A stretch of 64,000 nucleotides of DNA. Origin: a virus. Of the stretch, positions 37,460 to 47,020 are shown in pieces (the first letter of the stretch is position 1; every line of letters starts with the position of its first letter). The notes below the pieces were generated by a model, which was not told the DNA's origin, made no database searches, and saw nothing but the letters and a program-made list of their open reading frames with translations. The position numbers and the translations under genes are program-made. Location: the IMG/VR virus record IMGVR_UViG_3300019889_000009, positions 7,799 through 71,798 of that record; one strand, written 5' to 3'.

Positions 37460-37906
37460 ATGTATCACGTCACCAAACACTACCCACACTCACTTGGGTT
37501 GTCCGTTGCGTTTCGGCAGCCGGGGGCGACGTCGCATTGTAAGTACCTGCATGGGTACGCCCTCGCATTCACGTTCGAGTTCGAGGCCGAGGAGCTGGAC
37601 GAAAACAATTGGGTCATTGACTTCGGCAGTCTCAAACGATTGAAGGAGTGGTTGGTCGAGACATTCGATCACAAAACCGTGGTCTCGAATGACGACCCGA
37701 TGCTGCACACGTTTCAGGAACTCAACGGCACCTTGATCGATTTGCGCGTGCTGCCTGCGGTCGGTATGGAGGCTTTCGCCAAACTAGCATTTGGTGCCTG
37801 TTGTCATGTCATAATGACCACCGGCAATTTTCCTCGCGTTCGACTCACAAAGGTAACGGTCGCGGAGCATGAGGGCAACAGCGCCTCATACTCCGAACCC
37901 TTGTGA
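37460..37906 (+). CDS. queD: 6-carboxytetrahydropterin synthase
   Basis: HCKYLHGY, WVIDFGSLK, FDHK, VAEHEGNSA. Confidence 0.92.
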   Translation: MYHVTKHYPHSLGLSVAFRQPGATSHCKYLHGYALAFTFEFEAEELDENNWVIDFGSLKRLKEWLVETFDHKTVVSNDDPMLHTFQELNGTLIDLRVLPAVGMEAFAKLAFGACCHVIMTTGNFPRVRLTKVTVAEHEGNSASYSEPL

Positions 37907-37942
37907 TCCTATAGACCACCCACCATCTCAAACGGAGTTAAC

Positions 37943-38776
37943 ATGCCACAGAGTGCAATCGAAACAGTACTATCGAAAGCTACCAAGATCAAGCAGGGCG
38001 CGAAGGAGGATCGACAAACGTTCCTGATCGCGCTTGGCAATGGTATTCAGGACCTCACTGATAAGCAGTGGGATGTCCTCGGCGAGGGTGACCTCGGCGA
38101 CGAGTGCCAGAAGTGGGCGAACGAAGCAACGAAAGCGATCAAGGCGAAGAAGACCGTCAAGGATTTTTCGGATGTCGGCAAGGTCAAGCCGGATGCCGAC
38201 GAAGACGGTGATGACGACAAACCGCCACGTCGCGGTCGCGGTCGTGACGCCGACGGAGAAGCTGATGACGATGACGACAAGCCGTCACGTCGCGGTGCTG
38301 CGAAAGAAGATGACGACGATGACAAACCTGCTCGTCGTGGTCGCCGCGACGCCGAAGAAGCCGATGACGACGACAAGCCGGCACGTCGTGGTCGCGCGGC
38401 GAAGGAAGAAGAAGCCGATGATGATGACAAACCAGCGCGTCGCGGTCGCGGTGCGAAGGATGATGATGACGACAAGCCCGCACGTCGCGGTCGTGCAGCG
38501 AAAGAAGACGATGACAAGCCGGCACGTCGCGGGGCGGCATCGAAGGAGAAGGAAAAGTCGTCGGGCATCAAGCAGTCGGGTACGGGAGTCAAGAACTCGA
38601 TCAAGCTCGCGATCCTCGATGACCTTAAGATCTCCGTCGACGACCTGGTGAAGAAGTTGGGCAAGGGCGGCGCCTCCGTGTCAAAGGTCACGGTGTCGAA
38701 CATTCGCGCGGAGTTTCGTCACACGTTGAAACTCCTGCACGATGAAAAGGTCAACTGCGCGAAGTTGGAGATCTGA
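37943..38776 (+). CDS. Hypothetical protein with central DDDDKPARRGR repeats
   Basis: GGAG RBS; about seven acidic/basic repeat units. Confidence 0.75.
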   Translation: MPQSAIETVLSKATKIKQGAKEDRQTFLIALGNGIQDLTDKQWDVLGEGDLGDECQKWANEATKAIKAKKTVKDFSDVGKVKPDADEDGDDDKPPRRGRGRDADGEADDDDDKPSRRGAAKEDDDDDKPARRGRRDAEEADDDDKPARRGRAAKEEEADDDDKPARRGRGAKDDDDDKPARRGRAAKEDDDKPARRGAASKEKEKSSGIKQSGTGVKNSIKLAILDDLKISVDDLVKKLGKGGASVSKVTVSNIRAEFRHTLKLLHDEKVNCAKLEI

Positions 38777-38779
38777 CCC

Positions 38780-39505
38780 ATGCCCCTGCGAGCACTCGAC
38801 ATTCAAGACTCACTGGTACTGTTCTCGGGAGGAATGGACAGCACCATCGCTCTATTCGATCGCCTGTCGCGTGCTCGCAGGGAAGGGGGTCAGGTTCACG
38901 CCCTGACCTTTTCCTACGGTCAGCGTCATTCGTCGGAAATAGGACACGCACGCCTGATCATGTCACGCGTCGCGACGTCGAGTCTGTACGGCCCGATTAT
39001 GGGTCGGTTCATCACGCACAGAATTCATATGCCCGCATTCGGGTCACTCCTTGCCGGCGAACCCGTGATGAAGTATGAGAACGTCGAGCAGGCTGAACAA
39101 GCGGCCTTTGACAACTCATTCGTTCCGTATCGCAATATGATCTTCCTGACAGTTGCTGCGCAATACGCGTACAGCCTTGGAGTCAATATCATAGCGACGG
39201 GTTTGCGAGGGGGCTTCCCCGATTGTACCAGTGAGTGGGAAGCGCACATGGCTGACATGTTGCGGGAGTCCGTGCCGTCACATCCTATTCAGATGCGAAC
39301 GGTGACCCATCAATCGCGTGCGGACTGTTTGACGTTCGCAATGGGCATCCCCGAATGTATCGATGCGCTCGCGATCAGCATGACGTGTTTCGAGGGGTCA
39401 ACTCCCCCCTGCGGGCATTGCCTCCCGTGCCTCAAACGTGCGCAAGGCTTCTCCTCGCTTGGGTTGTCAGATCCCCTTGAAACGCCCCGATACGGGCCTC
39501 GTTAG
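38780..39505 (+). CDS. queC: 7-cyano-7-deazaguanine (preQ0) synthase
   Basis: SGGMDS PP-loop, FSYGQRH, VPYRNMIFL, FPDC, TC...CGHCLPC. Confidence 0.92.
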   Translation: MPLRALDIQDSLVLFSGGMDSTIALFDRLSRARREGGQVHALTFSYGQRHSSEIGHARLIMSRVATSSLYGPIMGRFITHRIHMPAFGSLLAGEPVMKYENVEQAEQAAFDNSFVPYRNMIFLTVAAQYAYSLGVNIIATGLRGGFPDCTSEWEAHMADMLRESVPSHPIQMRTVTHQSRADCLTFAMGIPECIDALAISMTCFEGSTPPCGHCLPCLKRAQGFSSLGLSDPLETPRYGPR

Positions 39506-39607
39506 GGGGCGCCACAGAGCGGTTTTAGGGGTCCCCCGCATATGGGGCCCCCGAATGCCCCCAAAACGTCCCCAGCACGCCCCCTGCGACGACGAAAGGC
39601 CCCCCAA

Positions 39608-40207
39608 ATGACGATAAAGCCCCCCCGAACGTCCCCCCATGACGCGATCGTTAAACAGTTGTTAAAACTGATCGTACCGGACCCCGAACGCGAGGGGCTG
39701 GCCGACACCCCATTTCGCGTCCTGCAAGCGTGGCAGGAGTGGACCGAAGGCTATCACGTCGACACCGATGCACTCTTGAAAACATTCGAGGATGGTGCAG
39801 AGAGTTACGACGAGATGGTTTTTGTTGGAGCGATCCCGTTCTACTCGACGTGCGAGCACCACATGGCTCCGTTCTTCGGTCTTGCGCATGTCGCGTACAT
39901 GCCGGGCAATGGTCGTATCGTCGGACTGTCGAAGATACCCAGGTTAGTTGACGCATTCGCACGACGCCTCACTGTGCAGGAGCGTATCACGACGCAAATT
40001 GCTGACACGATGAATACAGTATTGAGACCAAGAGGAGTCGCAGTGCTCATGCAGGCGCGCCATATGTGCGTCGAGAGTCGTGGTGTAGCGAAGCCGGGTA
40101 CTATCACGACTACAAGTGCGGTCCGGGGTTTGTTCAAAACTGACGCGGCCGTGCGATCGGAGTTTCACAGTCTAGTCGCTTTGCAGAAAGGTATGGGCAA
40201 TGGTTAA
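39608..40207 (+). CDS. folE: GTP cyclohydrolase I
   Basis: REGLADTP, STCEHHMAPF, GLSKIPR, RRLTVQERIT, HMCVESRG. Confidence 0.95.
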   Translation: MTIKPPRTSPHDAIVKQLLKLIVPDPEREGLADTPFRVLQAWQEWTEGYHVDTDALLKTFEDGAESYDEMVFVGAIPFYSTCEHHMAPFFGLAHVAYMPGNGRIVGLSKIPRLVDAFARRLTVQERITTQIADTMNTVLRPRGVAVLMQARHMCVESRGVAKPGTITTTSAVRGLFKTDAAVRSEFHSLVALQKGMGNG

Positions 40208-41354
40208 GCGTATTAGATTGGTTGACGACGTTTCCCCGAATAAGGTCAATCTATTTTTAGACTCTGGTGTGTTTGGCGCTTGGAACAGGGGCGAGACTCT
40301 CGACATTCAAGAGTACTGTGACTTCATCAAACGCAATGAGCAGTACCTGACATGCTACGCGGGCATGGATGTGATCCCCGGGAAGTTCGGGCAACGTCGC
40401 ACGATGGAGGAGGTCGAGGACTCCGCAGAGCAATCAGCGAAGAACCAGACCTATATGCGCAAGCAGGGTCTGACGCCCATTCCGATCTTCCACCAAGGTG
40501 AGTCGTTCAAGTGGCTTGAGAAAATGATGGCCGACGAAGAACCTTATGTCGGCATCTCGACGGCTAAGGACTTGACCCATCGTGAGCATCGAGTGTGGCT
40601 TGATCAGGTCTTTACCATGATCACGGATGCGTCGGGTGTGCCGTTCATCAAGACTCACGGGTTTGGGATCACAACGATCTCGCTACTCCTGCGATACCCG
40701 TGGTGGACTAGTGACAGCACGACGTGGTCGCTTGCTGCGGGTTTCGGTCTGATCTACGTTCCGGGAATGCGAGGGAGCAAACCAGATTACACTCAGTTGC
40801 CTGTGCGAGTGATCATGTCAGGGCGTACGCAGATGGCGTGGTCGTCAGCGAAGCGTCAATATGAAAATCTTTCGATCATTGAAAAGGACCACGTAAACAG
40901 TTACCTCGAGTATCTGGGTCTGTCGATCGAGCAGGTGCGTTATCAATCGTCTGCACGTCGCGCGGCGTGCTTGCGGTACTTCATTGACTTCCACGAACAA
41001 TTGAAACTCAAACCGTTTCAGCATCGTCTGGGTGACAGTATCGGTCGCAAAGCGTCAAAGAAAAAAGCACCCGAGTTGTGGGATCATATGACCATCGTGT
41101 TCGCGACCATGATGTCCAATGGTCAATTTTCGCGCATCATGAACGCGGCCAATGCGAGCAATCGATTGGTCTCGTATTATGAACTGATCGGTAAGCCGGA
41201 ACAGCCCCTGCACAATTATGTGCGCGATGGCATCACCGATATTGACTACGAACGTCGCAAGCCCGCCCCGATATGGAACGACACTTACACGTCGTCCCGT
41301 AGAATGTCCCTCCTAGAACGATTGAAAGGATACCCCCTCGATGGCCAAGGATGA
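40200..41354 (+). CDS. TGT-fold protein, candidate DNA 7-deazaguanine transglycosylase (DpdA-like)
   Basis: FLDSGVF, MDVIPG, PIFHQGE, HGFG, SDSTTW motifs; overlaps folE. Confidence 0.65.
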   Translation: MVKRIRLVDDVSPNKVNLFLDSGVFGAWNRGETLDIQEYCDFIKRNEQYLTCYAGMDVIPGKFGQRRTMEEVEDSAEQSAKNQTYMRKQGLTPIPIFHQGESFKWLEKMMADEEPYVGISTAKDLTHREHRVWLDQVFTMITDASGVPFIKTHGFGITTISLLLRYPWWTSDSTTWSLAAGFGLIYVPGMRGSKPDYTQLPVRVIMSGRTQMAWSSAKRQYENLSIIEKDHVNSYLEYLGLSIEQVRYQSSARRAACLRYFIDFHEQLKLKPFQHRLGDSIGRKASKKKAPELWDHMTIVFATMMSNGQFSRIMNAANASNRLVSYYELIGKPEQPLHNYVRDGITDIDYERRKPAPIWNDTYTSSRRMSLLERLKGYPLDGQG

Positions 41355-42411
41355 TATCACCCGGCCCAAACTCGTGCAGCTCATGACTGACGTCGAACCC
41401 GCGCTCTCTAGTTTGGGCCTTGTTCCTGTCACCAGTCACTTTTGGTTCACGGGCAAGGAGATCATGGCATACGATGGTCGGATAGCGATTGAAGTCGAGT
41501 GCAAGACACCGTTCGCAGGAGCAGTGCCGCCAGCACTCCTCGCATTGCTCAAGACTTCAACGGCGGAGACACCCATAGAATTTAAACTTGACGACGCGGG
41601 CACTCTGCACGTCAAAGCCGCATCATCGAAGTTCAAGCTCGCGATCATGCCCAAATCGGACTTTGTGTTCAAAATGCCCGCGTTACCGCAGAATGCGTTT
41701 CCATGCGATGCCGGTCGGTTCCTCGAAGCGATGACGACGTGCATGTACTCTCTTGGTAATGACACGTCGCACACTGACCATTTGGGTGTGACGTTGATTG
41801 CGGAGGACGGGTTCCTGTTTCTGTTTGGTTATGATCGCGCGACTCTGTCGTCGGGCCGCGTCAAGCTCACGGGTAAGGTCGATTTTGAACGCATCATTCT
41901 CCCGACGAACTTCTGCAAGCAGTTGTTGCGCATCGGTGCAGGAGCAAAAAAGCTGTACCTTGAGATCGCCGATGACTTCGCCATGTTCGAGTGTGACGGC
42001 ATCGCTCTATATGGCAGGCTTGAGGAGTTGGACAAGCCTATCGACTTCATGAACATCCTTGACCAAGCTCTTTTTAAGAACAAGCAAAAGCTTTGTGAGT
42101 TACCAGAGAACAAATTGCCAGCCGTATTGGAACGCGCCTGCATCATCACTGATGCGGCGGTCGACAAGACGCGAATGGTGGTATCGATCAAGAATGCGCA
42201 TGGGCATTTTGACTCCGTCTCCGAACGTGGAGAAGTTCATGACGAGTGTGGGTTTGAAAAGCAGCACCCCGATTGTCTCGCGCATGTTGACCCAGTACGA
42301 ATAAAGGACGGGATTGATCGCTTCACCCATATCTTGTTCACTGAAGAAGCCTGCATCATGGCGAACAAGGAAGCATCGATGGTCTACTTGATACAGGCGA
42401 AACCAGGTTAA
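41341..42411 (+). CDS. Sliding clamp (Pol III beta-like)
   Basis: 356 aa with a beta-clamp-like pattern (MAYDGRI, GYDRATL); sits beside polymerase and clamp loader. Confidence 0.65.
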   Translation: MAKDDITRPKLVQLMTDVEPALSSLGLVPVTSHFWFTGKEIMAYDGRIAIEVECKTPFAGAVPPALLALLKTSTAETPIEFKLDDAGTLHVKAASSKFKLAIMPKSDFVFKMPALPQNAFPCDAGRFLEAMTTCMYSLGNDTSHTDHLGVTLIAEDGFLFLFGYDRATLSSGRVKLTGKVDFERIILPTNFCKQLLRIGAGAKKLYLEIADDFAMFECDGIALYGRLEELDKPIDFMNILDQALFKNKQKLCELPENKLPAVLERACIITDAAVDKTRMVVSIKNAHGHFDSVSERGEVHDECGFEKQHPDCLAHVDPVRIKDGIDRFTHILFTEEACIMANKEASMVYLIQAKPG

Positions 42412-42421
42412 GGAAACTGCA

Positions 42422-45040
42422 ATGGGATTCTTCGGATTAGACGACGGGTCAGCACCCAAGAAGTTAGCAAAAAACGGAGGCCCCCAGAAGGGGGTCTCTG
42501 TCGATTTACTGCACAAGATCGAGTGCAAGGCTTGCCCACTCAATCACGCGCAGGTCACGTCCAACAAGATGGAGCCATTGGGTCCAAAGCAGCCATTGAT
42601 TTACGTGCTGGGCTCCGCTCCCTCGAAAGAAGCCGACAAGGCCGACAAACCATTTGCGGGAAACGAACTGCGTGTGATCAGGCAAATGATGGGCAGTGCT
42701 CATAAGGATGCGCGGTTCAACAATGTGATCCGTACTTACCCGGGTGAAGGTCCCGACGTTGTGTCAAAGGTTATTGAACTAACGCGTCCGCGCGCGCCCG
42801 CATTCGTGGAGATCGAATGCTGCCGACCATCGATCGTTCGCGATATTGAGGACGCGCGACCTCGCGCCATATTCGGGTTTGGAGGAGTACCCCTGAAGTG
42901 GGCCGCAGGAGAGACTCACGCCTATCAATGGATGGGGCGTCGGATCCCCGTGCGCATCGGCAACCACACCTGTTGGTACTACCCGTTCATTGACCCTATC
43001 GATGCGTTGGCCGACGTCAAGTGGGAAGGTCATGAGCCCGACAACATGTTCACCATGCGCAAGAAGATGCGGGCCGCGATTGCGCAGGTGTACGACGAGA
43101 ACGATATCGAACCGCATATTCATTCGGAGGAGTTCGCGCGTCGGGACGTCAAGATCGTGATGGGTGACAGCGATGCTGACTTGCAAGTCATCGAGAAGCA
43201 TCTCAAAGCTGCGATGGAAGAGGACTTCGTGGGTCTCGATTATGAAACCAGCACTCTGCGCCCCTACAACAAGGCTGCGAAGATTTGCACAGCGGCCGTC
43301 TCGATCGAGGGTGCGCACCTCGCGTTCCCGTTTGCGCATCGGCAGAGTAAATGGACGGCGAAGCAAGCTGATTACCTGCACGACATGTTCCGCGAGTTTC
43401 TATATGCCGAAGGTCCGATGAAGATCGCGCATCAACTCGCATTCGAGATGGAGTGGTCTGCGGAGTTCTTTGGACCCGAATGCCTGCGGGCCTCAGAGTG
43501 GGGTGATACGATATCGCAGGCATACGTTATCGACGAGATGCAGGGCTTGCTTTCGCTCGAGGCTCTGACCACGCAGCACTTCGGTATCAATATCAAGGAC
43601 CTTAGTCAAGTCAATCGCAAAGACATTGACTCCGAGCCACTCAAGGATGTGCTGACCTACAACGCGATTGATGCGAAGTACCATCGACTCCTGTACATGG
43701 AGCAAGTGCCGATCATTGCACAGCTGGGTATGATGGATGTCTATCGGCATCAACTGCGACGCGTGCCCACACTGGTATTGACGCAGCGTCATGGTATCCC
43801 GATCGATCAGGACGAACTCGCGGACTTCAAGAGTGACTACGAAGACGAAATTGCAGGAGTTGAAGCAAAGCTTGCCAAAGACCCGTCGGTCATTCGATAC
43901 AACAAGCGATACCCCGATGCACCATACCGCCCGTCAGCATCGCAGGACCTTGCGAAGATGCTACAGATGCTCGGTCACACGTTGAAGAAGACTGAGAAGG
44001 GAGGAGACGCTACCGACGAAAAGAATTTGAGGAAGTACAAGGAGCCGGTAGTCGCTCTTACGATCAAGCATCGCAAAGCTTCTAAAATCTTGTCGACCTA
44101 TTGTTCTCCTGTCAGTACTGGGTCAGAGCATCTATTCGACGATAATATGATCAGACCCATCATCTCGACCTACAAGGTGCGCACGTGGCGCACGTCGTCG
44201 GAAGACCCCAACATTCAAAACTGGCCTAAACGCGGACCGAACGTCGTGATCCGCAAAGTCGTCGCACACCGCAAGAAAAAGATTGTGGCGTTTGACTACG
44301 CTGGCATTCAAGCGCGCAATGTCGCAATGGAAAGCCTGGACCCGACACTGATCGACGCATTCTTCACCGGCTACGACATTCACAAAGACTGGGTCAATAA
44401 TCTTGACAAGCGCTATCCGAAGTGGTCGAAGAAAGGGCTGCATGATGACCCAAAGGTGTTCAAGGACGTTCGTGGTGGTGTCAAAAATCAATTCGTGTTC
44501 CCGACGTTTTTTGGTGCGTCTCCCAAGTCAATAGCGGTCGGGCTTGCGGGCTCGGGTAACATGTCGCCCCCTGTCGAAGTCGTCGAGGAGATGCAGGACG
44601 AGTTCTTTAAGCGGTTCCCAAAGATCAAAAAGTGGCACGAACGACTTCAAGGGCAATACAGGCGCGACGGTTACGTGACTGGTCTATCAGGGCACCGACG
44701 TCACGCTCCGATCTCCTATAACGAAATAATCAACTCACCTATTCAGGCTGACGAGTCTCTAATCGTGCTGACCGCTATGTCAGAGTTGTCAGAACGCGAC
44801 TATAAACTGTACCAGCCGATGATGGAGATCCATGACGACTTGACGTTCTTGTGGCCGGAGGATGAGATTGACGAGCGGTCGGATGTCGTGATCTCCGAAA
44901 TGTGCAGGCCGCGGTTCGAATGGATCAATGTGCCATTGGAGGTCGAGATGTCGATCGGCGACAATTGGTGCGATTTGAAAGAGATTGGGAAGTTCATCAA
45001 TGTGGGCACTAAGGGCGACTACAAGGAGTTAAAGAAATGA
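42422..45040 (+). CDS. Family A DNA polymerase with N-terminal uracil-DNA-glycosylase-like domain and 3'-5' exonuclease
   Basis: CKACPL...GSAPS...KPFAG (UDG4-like); LDYET exonuclease; RTSSEDPNIQNWP, FDYAGIQAR, NSPIQ, EIHDDL. Confidence 0.9.
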   Translation: MGFFGLDDGSAPKKLAKNGGPQKGVSVDLLHKIECKACPLNHAQVTSNKMEPLGPKQPLIYVLGSAPSKEADKADKPFAGNELRVIRQMMGSAHKDARFNNVIRTYPGEGPDVVSKVIELTRPRAPAFVEIECCRPSIVRDIEDARPRAIFGFGGVPLKWAAGETHAYQWMGRRIPVRIGNHTCWYYPFIDPIDALADVKWEGHEPDNMFTMRKKMRAAIAQVYDENDIEPHIHSEEFARRDVKIVMGDSDADLQVIEKHLKAAMEEDFVGLDYETSTLRPYNKAAKICTAAVSIEGAHLAFPFAHRQSKWTAKQADYLHDMFREFLYAEGPMKIAHQLAFEMEWSAEFFGPECLRASEWGDTISQAYVIDEMQGLLSLEALTTQHFGINIKDLSQVNRKDIDSEPLKDVLTYNAIDAKYHRLLYMEQVPIIAQLGMMDVYRHQLRRVPTLVLTQRHGIPIDQDELADFKSDYEDEIAGVEAKLAKDPSVIRYNKRYPDAPYRPSASQDLAKMLQMLGHTLKKTEKGGDATDEKNLRKYKEPVVALTIKHRKASKILSTYCSPVSTGSEHLFDDNMIRPIISTYKVRTWRTSSEDPNIQNWPKRGPNVVIRKVVAHRKKKIVAFDYAGIQARNVAMESLDPTLIDAFFTGYDIHKDWVNNLDKRYPKWSKKGLHDDPKVFKDVRGGVKNQFVFPTFFGASPKSIAVGLAGSGNMSPPVEVVEEMQDEFFKRFPKIKKWHERLQGQYRRDGYVTGLSGHRRHAPISYNEIINSPIQADESLIVLTAMSELSERDYKLYQPMMEIHDDLTFLWPEDEIDERSDVVISEMCRPRFEWINVPLEVEMSIGDNWCDLKEIGKFINVGTKGDYKELKK

Positions 45041-45363
45041 CTGACAACTGCTATAGAATCCCCGAAGGTCAAGAAGAGCAAATAGAAGTACTGATCACTG
45101 CGGTGCATGAGGACGTCAGTACTGAGTTTGCAGAAAAACTACGCCAGCTTGTTCACGCAGAAGCGACTTCCAACAACCTGTCGAGAGCTACTTGTTTAGC
45201 AACCTTATCATTCGTGCTAGCCAATACATGCTTTCGAACCAGGCAGTTCGACGAGTTGGCTGGCTGCGAACTTACTTTCATCTACACAAACTACATGCAC
45301 GCAACTGTGCATGCTCTTTATGATGACCAGCGCACCGACGCAATAAACAAAACCAAATCGTAG
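45037..45363 (+). CDS. Hypothetical protein
   Basis: AGGAG RBS, ATGA overlap. Confidence 0.5.
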   Translation: MTDNCYRIPEGQEEQIEVLITAVHEDVSTEFAEKLRQLVHAEATSNNLSRATCLATLSFVLANTCFRTRQFDELAGCELTFIYTNYMHATVHALYDDQRTDAINKTKS

Positions 45364-45392
45364 CAGTATGATTTAACAAAGGAGCACCACAC

Positions 45393-46325
45393 GTGACAGC
45401 ACTTGCGACGAAGCACCGCCCCCTGAACTTCGAGACCGTGAAGGGGCAAGACAAGGCCATCAAAGCCTTGAAGACAGTACTCGACGCTGACACCGCGTCG
45501 ACTTTCCTGTTCTCTGGGCCGTCGGGCACAGGCAAGACCACGCTTGCGCGTATCACGTCGGCATACCTCGAGTGTGACAAGGATCTACTTGAGATCGATG
45601 CTGCATCGAACTCCGGCGTCGACAAGATGCGCGAAGTCATGGAGCTCATGCGCTACACCCCTGTCGGGGGCAACGGGGGTCGTGCTGCGATCGTTGACGA
45701 ATGCCACAGATTGTCGGGGCAGGCGTGGGATGCGTTATTGAAAGCGACTGAGGAGCCGAAGAAGGGAGTCTTTTGGTTCTTCTGCACAACGAACCTCGGG
45801 AAGGTCCCGAAAACAATCATGACGCGCTGTGCCCACATTCAACTCAAGCCCGTGAGTGATGATGACCTCGAGTCAGTGGTGTTGCGTGTCGCGAAGAAAG
45901 AGGGGATCGACGTCACCGATGGTGTACTGCAAATCATTTGTCGCGAGGCCATGGGGTCCCCACGTCAAGCCCTCGCAAACCTCGCATTGGCTGCGAACGC
46001 AACGACCGCGAAAGAAGCATCGGCACTTCTGCATTCGGCCGTTGACTCCGATGCTGTTCGCGAGCTGTGCCAGTTCTTGCTCAAAGGGGGTTCGTGGCCC
46101 AAGGTCATGAGTATCCTCAGTCGGCTTGAGGACGAGTCATTCGAAGGCGTGCGCATTGTCGTCACCAACTACATGGGGGCCGTGCTCAAAGGGGCCAAGT
46201 CCGATCGTGAAGCAATGGCGACCCTCCATATCATCGAACAGTTCTCGAACGAGTATAATCAATCGGAGGGCATTGCGCCCTTGCTCCTGTCAGTCGGTAG
46301 GAGCATATACAGCGGAGGAGAATGA
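45393..46325 (+). CDS. Clamp loader AAA+ ATPase (DnaX gamma/tau-like)
   Basis: KHRP, GPSGTGKTT, EIDAASNSGVD, IVDECH, LLKATEEP, TRC. Confidence 0.9.
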   Translation: MTALATKHRPLNFETVKGQDKAIKALKTVLDADTASTFLFSGPSGTGKTTLARITSAYLECDKDLLEIDAASNSGVDKMREVMELMRYTPVGGNGGRAAIVDECHRLSGQAWDALLKATEEPKKGVFWFFCTTNLGKVPKTIMTRCAHIQLKPVSDDDLESVVLRVAKKEGIDVTDGVLQIICREAMGSPRQALANLALAANATTAKEASALLHSAVDSDAVRELCQFLLKGGSWPKVMSILSRLEDESFEGVRIVVTNYMGAVLKGAKSDREAMATLHIIEQFSNEYNQSEGIAPLLLSVGRSIYSGGE

Positions 46326-46879
46326 CGATGGCGAAGAATACGCGGGTGCGGACCGACGACAAGCAAACCGATCATGACGGTTCGTTTCTCGAGGAGATGA
46401 CCGAGGGCATGTCGATTGACAAGCACGCCCTTGATGAAGCACTGACGATGCAGGTGCACAATTTTCACAAGGTCTCGGAGCGTCTCGCCATCGATATCAG
46501 TATCCGAGACATGCAAAAAGATGAAGCGAAGCGCATCGAGGCCGAAGCGGACGAGGAGATACGACGCATGGCTGAAGAAGAAGAAAAGAAAAAGCCATCA
46601 GAGACTGCGATCAGGAATTTGGTGATGCAGGACAAAGCGGTCGTCTCCGCGAACAAGGAGTTGGCTCGTCTGAACAAATCGGTTGGACTCCTGCAAGCAC
46701 TAAAGGAGTCGTATCTGCAACGATCGTATGCATTGAAGGAGCTCGTCTCCCTGTATCTTGCGGGATACTTCGGCGAGGGCATGGTTGAAGGAGCAGGCGC
46801 GCACCGCGTCAAAGAAGGAGCGCATGAAGGCAATCGTGCAGCCATGCAGCGTGAGCGCGAAGAACGCAAGCGGAGGTAG
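46322..46879 (+). CDS. UvsY-like coiled-coil recombination mediator (putative)
   Basis: KPSETAIRNLV...RSYALKELV; context between clamp loader and SSB. Confidence 0.45.
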   Translation: MTMAKNTRVRTDDKQTDHDGSFLEEMTEGMSIDKHALDEALTMQVHNFHKVSERLAIDISIRDMQKDEAKRIEAEADEEIRRMAEEEEKKKPSETAIRNLVMQDKAVVSANKELARLNKSVGLLQALKESYLQRSYALKELVSLYLAGYFGEGMVEGAGAHRVKEGAHEGNRAAMQREREERKRR

Positions 46880-47020
46880 CTGTGGAAGAGTTCTTTCTAA
46901 AACTATTTGTCGGTGTCTTGGCGGTGTATGCCTTGGGCCGATTGTTGCTGGTTGCATACTTTGCAGCCAGGCGTCGTCACGTGAGAAATGTCTTGCGTGA
47001 CCTAACCTCAGGAGAAGGCA

